Source: the human T2T-CHM13v2.0 reference genome, Homo sapiens
Assembly (NCBI RefSeq): GCF_009914755.1
Contig: NC_060934.1
Length of the DNA stretch: 64,000 nucleotides
Direction: 5' to 3' (one strand)
In this document: piece by piece, positions 54,400-64,000 of the stretch
Numbering within the stretch: the first letter of the stretch is position 1
How the letters are laid out: each line of letters starts with the position of its first letter
The notes under the pieces: generated by a model
What the model saw: only the letters and a program-made list of their open reading frames with translations
What the model was told of the DNA's origin: nothing
The model's database searches: none
Position numbers and translations under genes: made by a program

Positions 54400-55966
54400 C
54401 TGTGACAGTCAGGGGGCCTGATTATGAGCTGCATCCAAATGGGGAGGGTGTCCCCGTTGGGGGCAGTCCATTTTCCAGTGTCCCCAAAGACTGCAAGTTG
54501 GGCACGGTTTGTTGGAGGCCAGGGGTTAGAACAAGACTTTGTTTTAACATCTTTATTGCCACATACAAAACAGACTCCTGGAGAGGTGAGGGAGTTTCCC
54601 TTGGGGTTATCGGGGGGCTTTTATGTAACTGACTTTTGGACAGCAGAAGCGAGCATCTGGCATTTTAACCAGAGATGTTTGTCTTTTTGAATTTTTTGTT
54701 CCTCATCTCTGTTGTTAAAGACATGGAAGGCCACATTTAGGAGATCCCACTGAGATGTTTGGGGACCCTCCCCTAATTTTTGTAATATTTTCTGGATATC
54801 TGGGGCAGACTGGGAAATAAATTGGAGGTGGAGAAGTTTGCCCTTCTCTAGATTCTGGATCCAGACTGATATATTTTAGCATGGCTTCAGTGAGGCATGA
54901 TAAGAAAATGGCAGGATTCTCCTAGGGCTCCTGTGTAATTTCTCTGAGTTTTTCGTAATTAACTGCCTTATGGGCATTTTTGTTCATCCCTGAGAGGAGA
55001 CAGGTAATCATATCGTCCCTTCACCTGATGCCATTGTCTCCCTGTTGGTAAGTCCAATCTGGGTCTCTATGGATGATTGCATCATTGGCCACTGGATTTT
55101 GTATAGCGGCTTTGTTATGGAGTTCATCTGTGTGGGCTTCAGCTGAACACCAGATATGCTCTTTTTCATCAGGAGTGAGGGTGGAGGTTAGAATTATATA
55201 AATATCATGCCAAGTTAAATTAAAGGATTGGGTTATGTGCAGGAATTCCCGGTGATCATGGGAGGGGTTTTCAGAGAAAGATCCTAGATGCTGTTTGAGC
55301 TGCGACAAATCAGATATGGAGAAAGGGATGTGAACATGAGCAATGCTTTCAACCCCAGCCAGTTACTGGAGAGGAATAATGGCAGAGGTGGTTTGAGTGG
55401 TAGTTTTTGAACAGGTAACAGGTGGAGGAGGAGGAGTGGGGTCTGGTGCTGAAGGCTTGGGGGCAGGAGGGGCCACTGGGGCAGAGGGTTCAGTCAGTCA
55501 AGGAGCAGATGCAGGGGATGGGAATATGGGGGGAGTTCATCTGCCAGGTCAAAAGGGGTTTCAGAAGAAGGGGTTTTGATGGAAGGGGTTTTGGAGGAAG
55601 GGGTTTTCAGAGGAGGGAGAGACCCGGGGAGGGTTTTAATTGAGAAGAAGGATTTTATGAGGGGTGCAAACTTGACATAGGGAGGGTCAGGATCTAAAGT
55701 AGAAGAAAGCCTGAATATAGAGAACCTCTTGCCATTTGCTATTCCTGGTTATAAAGCTGTCAAGGTCCCTGAGAATTTGAAAGTCAAAGGTGCCATTTTT
55801 GGGCCATCAGCTGTCATTATCTAATTTTTATTGGGGCCAGGCCATGTTGCAATGCTTTGGCTAAAGACTAAATGCTTTGGCTTCCCCAGAAGCCAACTTT
55901 GGCAAGGTTGTGAAGGAGACAGCCCAGTGGAGAGGATGTAGGAATGTGTGATTGTTTGGCACCCAT
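54400..55966 (-). pseudogene. HERV-F gag remnant
   Basis: MGAKQSHIPTSSPLGCLL start; LPPY late-domain-like motif; CA segment ORF 55021-55308; two NC knuckles (CFVC degenerate, CPTCSLWGHWKMDC intact). Confidence 0.85.
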
Positions 55967-57930
55967 GTAGACTGGTGAGAAGAAGCCGAGGGTGTCTGTT
56001 TTTGTTCTAGGCATCCCCAGATGAAAGACAGAGACCTGGAGTCCTCTTTCTAAAGAGAATGGTCAACCTGAGAAGAAACTGGGTGTCCCCAAGATTTCTT
56101 CTAGCTTAGTCCCGCTGGTCCTCCAAGGACCAGGATAGCAGATCTGACTTTCCCAGGTACCGCAAGAAAGCCAGGGGAGGACAGATCTTACCCATCAGCT
56201 GGATGACTATCTGATGTTGGATGTTCTGGTTGGAATAGGCAAAGGGCCTCTTTGACTGGAGCTGCACGAGGAAGACAGACAGAGAGAAGGGAGGATGAGG
56301 GAGGAAGAGGAGGGAAGAGAGCAAAATACCCATTGTGGCCAGTCAGAGGTTGATTCCGGAGACCTGAGGGTTTAGAGAACTTCCTGGGGAATAGCCCCAG
56401 CCAGAGCCTTGCAGTCCCCTTCAGGTTAGTTGTCCTCCTCTTGCAAATCGGTCAAAAAGTGAAATGACAGAAAAGATGGGGTGTGTGGCCAGAAACCCTC
56501 AGGATCCAGGAATTAACTCAGGATGAGCTGCCACTGCCCACTGCTTCCTGGGTTGCAAGAGACTCTCTGTCCCCAGAACCCATCCTGGGTTTCCGCACCA
56601 AATGTAAGAGTTAAAGACAGAGGAAAGAAACACGAAATGTAGCTCAACAGTTAAAAACAGATTTATTTTAGAGAAATAAACCTGAGAGGGGCTTCTGGAT
56701 GATTTCGGTCAGATGCATTCTCTTTTACAGACTAAGAGTATATATTGGTTTTAGGGTAAGGGGGCTTATCACAAGCTTAATGTTTCTTTGTGGGGGATAA
56801 GTTTTATGGCAGGGTTGGAATGTCTCTGGGTGGAAAGGAGGTTATCTTGAGGCTGACATCTTCCGGCCACAAGGGGGTTATCTTGGGGCTGGCATCTTCC
56901 CAGCCAGAGGGGGCTTACCTCGGGGCTGGCATGTCTCTGGTTGGGGAGGGGTTTGGAATGTTTCTGGTCAGGGATGGTATTTGTGGTTTATGATAATGCT
57001 GACCTTAGGCATTAGGCTGATGCCCTTTGGATTCAGGAGTTTTTGATCAAGGTGAACTTTAGAATGAGGGGCTTGTCCAAGAAGGTGATGCTCCTGCTCT
57101 GTGAACTCTCACACTGACATAGCTAATATTGTCTGGTGATTTTCCAGATGACAACCGCTCTCCTAAAAAATCTACCAAAGGAACATAATGATCTCAGTTT
57201 GGATAAATGGCTGACAAAGAGACACCAAATTGAAAATGAAATATAATGCTATCATGAAATAACGGCTTTACAATAAAAATTTGACAATGATAGAGAAAGC
57301 ACAAATAAGTTCCACAAAACTGAAAGGGACTTAAGCCCCTACCTTTGTTGGTCATTCATGCATAATGAAAGATAATTCTGATTAGATTGCTCTTCTCTAG
57401 AAAAAAAGCACATGGCTAGTTACTGTTAGTAAGTTTTGTCATCAAATACAGTATGAATCGTGGGCATCATCTTTCCACATATGAAGAACACTACAAACAT
57501 TCTAAGGGTCTAAATTATAAGAAAATACAAATAGACTAATAACTCCATGAAATAATCATAATAATGCAGCAATGTTGCATTCACTAAGTAACCATTTTTG
57601 AGATCAAGATGTTACTCTTTCATTATAGATATGGGAATGCAGCACTGTCAGTGGAGATGTATTCCTGTAAGAAATACAAGATATATAATAAAATATATTT
57701 GTAGAAATTCTAATATATTTAACTTTAATTTTAGTCACCCATAGTTTTAATCAAGTAAAACAGATGCCAGGAGATGAATAATTATTTACCTTTGTCAACA
57801 TAACTATAAAAGGAATACTAATTCTCACTATTTTTCTGTTTGCTCCATTATATTTGAACATTGGATAATGTTTGATACTCTGTGTCCTACTCATTTTCTT
57901 AAATTTTATTTAAAACTTTTTTTGTTTTGA

Positions 57931-58092
<162 letters not shown>

Positions 58093-59010
58093 TAGTAGAG
58101 ACAGGGTTTCGCCATGTTGGGCAAGCTGGTCTTGAATTCCTGACCTCGTGATCTGCCTGCCTTGGCCTCCCAAGGTGCTGGGATTACAGGCATGAGCCAC
58201 TGAGCCCAGCCTATTTAACTTTTAAAACTATTAAGTTATTAAATTGGTTTACAAAATATCTCAACACAATTGCAATTTATTGTGTATCTCATGTTTCAAA
58301 ATCCTTCCCTTAGAAAGACATCAAAATGATTTAAAATCAAAATATGTTTCACAAAATATGCCAACACAAAGTATTGAATAATTGACTCTGTAATAAACCT
58401 AATAATGAATGAGTAAATTACAAAAATTTTATCCCTAGCTAGTGGTGACTTCTAAAGGGGCAATTTCAGTAAAAATTTTAAGTTCAAAAAAATAGTATCT
58501 TTAAAAATACAACGAAGACATGAAACTTGGAACTTCTAAGTTAAAAAAACTGTTGAGACAACATTTTTCAGACCAGAATATAAAATGGTTTCTTTGATTT
58601 TTATTCCCTCACAATCATGGAGAATCAAACCAAAAATAAATATAGAAATTATTCAAGAATGTCAGATCTTTTTGAAATTATTTTTATAAGGTAGATGTAA
58701 ACAAATAAAATATTTGTTTTTGTAAAGGGGGTTACACAAGTTTTCTTTAGACTATAAATAACAAGAAAGCAGGAACCATTTTCTACATATGTTCCAAATA
58801 ATAAGTGCTATTAAGTGCTCAATCAATATTTCTTCAATAAAAAGCCAGCATTAGTATCAAGTGCTAGAAATAAAAACAACATTAAAATTATTTCAATGAA
58901 TCATCTTGAAATAAAATTTAAAGAACTATCTTTTTTGGCTGTGAGTGGTAGCTCATGGCTGTAATCCCAGCACTTTTGGGAGGCCGAGGCAGGCAGATCA
59001 CCTGAGATCA

Positions 59011-59352
<342 letters not shown>

Positions 59353-59386
59353 TCAATTAAGGGAAACATTTTTTTCCTTTTAAAGA

Positions 59387-60592
59387 TGTTGTAGGACTTT
59401 TCCTTAGTTCAGCTAAAGACAGGGTCCTTGTCACACGGTCATGAAATATTCGGCTCACAGACACTTTGAAGGGTGAGAAAAATGGAATTTATTAAGGATA
59501 AAGAGGAACCAGGGCTCCTCAGCAGTACAAGAGTCCTGCTAGCATAGGCTTCCTGCTTCACAGATTGAATTCCAGGTTCCACTCAGGAAGGGAAGGGGCC
59601 AGGCTCCCCCCACCGCGAGCTTCCCAAGGCTCCACCCCAGTGCACACCCCTCCCAGTGTGCAGGCCGGTGGGAGGTTCTCTGATGGCCCCTTTTTACTCA
59701 GCTGCCTCATTCCTCCCTCTAAGGAGGTACATCTAACTACCGTTAGAATAAGGATACTGCTTCCTGCTATCAGGAGCAGTCTGGGGACTCAACTGTCCCC
59801 TCAGAGGCCTATCTAAGGGTCCCTGGCAGAAGGGGCCAATGTCCAAGGCTCCAGCTACCTGACCATTCAAAGTCTGATGGCTGAAGGGGAGAAGAGACAC
59901 AGCAGGTTATTAGAAAACATGCATCAAAACGAAACAAGAGGAGGGGTAAGGACAGCTCAAAAGTCCCAAGGCTTTTCACCAGTTTGCACATGGAGAGGGA
60001 AGCCAAAAGCCCAACTGGTAAAACAACAACAACAACAACAACAAAACTTGAACTTTTTGCCAGCATATTGGGCTTCTGGGTTCCCTTCCCCTGAGCCCAG
60101 TGCTAAGCCAACCAGTTTAAGGTTTGGGAAATTAACTTTTTCCAGTATGGAGAATGCACCTGAGGAAAGTGTCCCATAGTATGGAGACACAACTACCTAT
60201 CTGTGAAGAGAGGACAGAGGAGGAGAAAGGAAAATATGTTTTTATCAAAGGAGTCCCAGTGTTTCAGCATGCATTCGAAAGGGTCACAGACTGAAGATGA
60301 ATGGCTACCCATTTAGAAAGAAGGGAGCAGGCGTGCCTGGTTCCCTTCTCTTCCTAGCAGATATACCTGTGGTATGTGAGGGAGAGAAGGAAGAGTGTCC
60401 CCTTTCCCACTTCCATCCTTGGATCCCTGAGTGCTGGCAACCTTGGCAGATGCCACCCATAGGTGCCAAAGCAGCTTGCACCCGTGAAGCAGGGAGGACC
60501 TAGAGAATAAGAATTATCTACTCTCACCCATGTCTCTAACCCACCTACTCTCAGTAGCCTTGGCGTTCCCTAGACCTCATTTATGCCATGGA
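59387..60592 (-). mobile_element. MER61-like 3' LTR (59387-59709) plus deleted internal sequence
   Basis: tgttgtaggacttttccttagttcagctaaagac...gctgcctca, then the PPT complement ttcctccctct. Confidence 0.7.
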
Positions 60593-60965
60593 TACTACTC
60601 ATCCATGAAAAGGAACAAAATAATGGCATTCATAGCAACGTGGATGAAACTGAAGACCATTATTCTAAGTGAAGTAACTGAGGAACAGAAAATCAAACAT
60701 CATGTGTTCTCACTGATAAGTGGGAGGTAAGCTATGAGGATGCGAAGGCGTTAAGAATGATACAATGGACTTTGGGGACTTCGGGGAAAGGGTAGGAAGC
60801 GGGTGAAAGACAAAATACAACACATTGGTCAATGTACAGTGCTCAGATGATGGGTACACCAGAATCTCAGAAATCACTACTAAAGAACTTATCCATGTAA
60901 CCAAACACCACCTGTTCCCCAAAAACCCATTTAAATAAAAAACAAAAATAAAGAGACAAAAAAAT
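60590..60965 (+). mobile_element. L1PB-type 3' end
   Basis: taagctatgaggatgcgaaggc...aatgatacaatggactttggggact...gaacttatccatgtaaccaaacaccacctgttcccc plus an A-rich tail. Confidence 0.85.
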
Positions 60966-60969
60966 TTAA

Positions 60970-62470
60970 AAGTCTAGGATAGGGAAAAAAAGAGGTCTTA
61001 TGAATCTATAAGACATACTTCTGTCAGCGTGCCTAATAGGTTTACGTATTTATGTGTTGTGTGCACAATGTTTCTCTACTATAAACAGAGAGCTCTAATT
61101 CGTTGTCTTAAAGAAAAATACAAGTGCATAAATCAACCATTTTATCAATAAAAAAGACTAGTCAAATGGTTTTTCAAGTTCATGTGACTTAAGTCACATT
61201 TAAGCTGGCTTTCAAGTTATTGGCAAAATAATATTAGAAATGTTGTAAGAATTATTAGCATTTTTGTTTGCATTTGTTGATCAAGTGATTTCATGATTAT
61301 TCCTGAAGAATACTGGAAGATTTGCCATAAGGGTTATAAAAGTATAAAACCCAGCCCAAGACAGAATGATCTTTGCTTGTGTAATTTTTGATAAATAGGA
61401 CATGGAATATCTTGGTTTAATGAAAACAGCTAAATTCTGAGTTATTGGTAAAAATACCCTTATATTTAACCTTAAGAGTCTCACTTAAATAAACATCTGA
61501 AATTCACAGCTATAAAAATGATTAACAGGGAATTCAATTTAAATAATGACTATCAAAGTTTTCATAAATAATCTAGGTAAAGGGGGGGCAAGGTGGCTAA
61601 TGTCTGTAATCCCAGCACTATGGGAGGCTGAGGCAGGCAGATCACCTGAGGTCAGGAGTTCGAGACCAGGCTGGCCAACATGGTGAAACCCCATCTCTAC
61701 TAAAAATACCAAAATTAACTGGGCACGGTGGCCGGGCACCTGTAATCCCAGCTACTCAGGAGGCTGGAGCAGGAGAAGCGCTTGAACTGGGGTGGCGGAG
61801 GTTGCAGTGAGCCAAGATCACGCCATTGAACTCTGGCCTGGGCATCAAGAGTGAAACTAACTCAAAAAAAAAAAAAAAAAAGCCTAGGTAAAATATTAAA
61901 TAATCTGGTAAGTGTAATGGACTAAATGCTTGTAAAGAGACTTGCCATATGATTAGGGATCTAAGATTATTAGTAGATATTAAGTAGGTAATTTCCAACT
62001 TAAAAACACAGGAAAACATTTTTTAAATGTTCTTATTAAAAGGTAAATATCTCTGTTTAATTCAAAGCTTCTTTAAAAGTTATGTATAAAACAAGGTAAA
62101 AGAAACCAGGAAATAAGAGATGTAAGAAAGTTAAAGCTATAAAGAGGCATTTTTGGTAAAGGTGAAAAGGAAACAATTTTACATAAGAAGACATTTTGTG
62201 TGGTAAATTTTTTGTCCTAAAATGACTAGGTTGTTCAAGAAAGAGAAATATTTAGGCAAAACAGAAAGTTTAAGCATGTTGTGCATCATCTACATAGGTT
62301 GTAGAAAGGTTAGTTAACAGAAACTTTGTGTTTTTTTTAGAAAACGAGGTTGTATACTTCAGTTGGGTGTGATTAAGAATTATAATGGTCTTTCTAGAGG
62401 TGGGTCTTTGATATTAACAAAATTACATGAATACAAAAAATAATTGGTTAAAACAAGATTTTATTTAAAA
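60970..62470 (+). mobile_element. MER4-group ERV internal fragment
   Basis: AT-rich MER4-group-like motifs (ttcaagttcatgtgacttaag, aaacagctaaattctgagttattgg); orientation judged from recalled consensus. Confidence 0.55.
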
Positions 62471-62560
62471 TATTTATTTTTTATGAGACAGAGTCTCACT
62501 CTGTCACCCTGGAGTGCAATGGTGTGATCTCAGCTCACTGCAACCTTTGCCTCCTGGGTT

Positions 62561-64000
<1,440 letters not shown>

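Noticed and set aside
55552-55610. 15-bp G-rich tandem repeat
   Set aside because: Encodes a KTPSS-like repeat in the gag proline-rich region; ordinary viral feature
60021-60043. (CAA)n giving polyQ/polyC/polyV ORFs
   Set aside because: Short microsatellite in ERV sequence with no coding context

Overview
Primate (most likely human) genomic DNA. Positions 1-31.7 kb hold an unprocessed, minus-strand KRAB-C2H2 zinc-finger pseudogene of the ZNF91-type subfamily. It has a CpG-rich promoter and ATG exon (~31.4-31.7 kb), KRAB-A (19044-18916), KRAB-B (16598-16524) and a zinc-finger exon starting at 1824 that runs off the window start. It carries many inactivating lesions and a TSD-flanked L1PA3-type insertion between the KRAB exons. 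The remainder (33.7-62.5 kb) is almost continuous ERV1 sequence: a MER57-like provirus hosting a deleted MER41B provirus (itself holding an Alu and an LTR2-type solo LTR), a MER50 solo LTR, a near full-length HERV-F (LTR19, tRNA-Phe PBS) provirus with gag/pro/pol/env remnants, and a MER61-like element. The window ends in a diverged paralog of the ZNF intron 1. About 40 Alus are present. No prokaryotic or CRISPR-type system is seen. Repeat family names come from recalled consensus sequences, not a database search, and many boundaries are approximate. I cannot confirm the gene symbol; the ZNF355P/ZNF962P-like pericentromeric group is only a guess.
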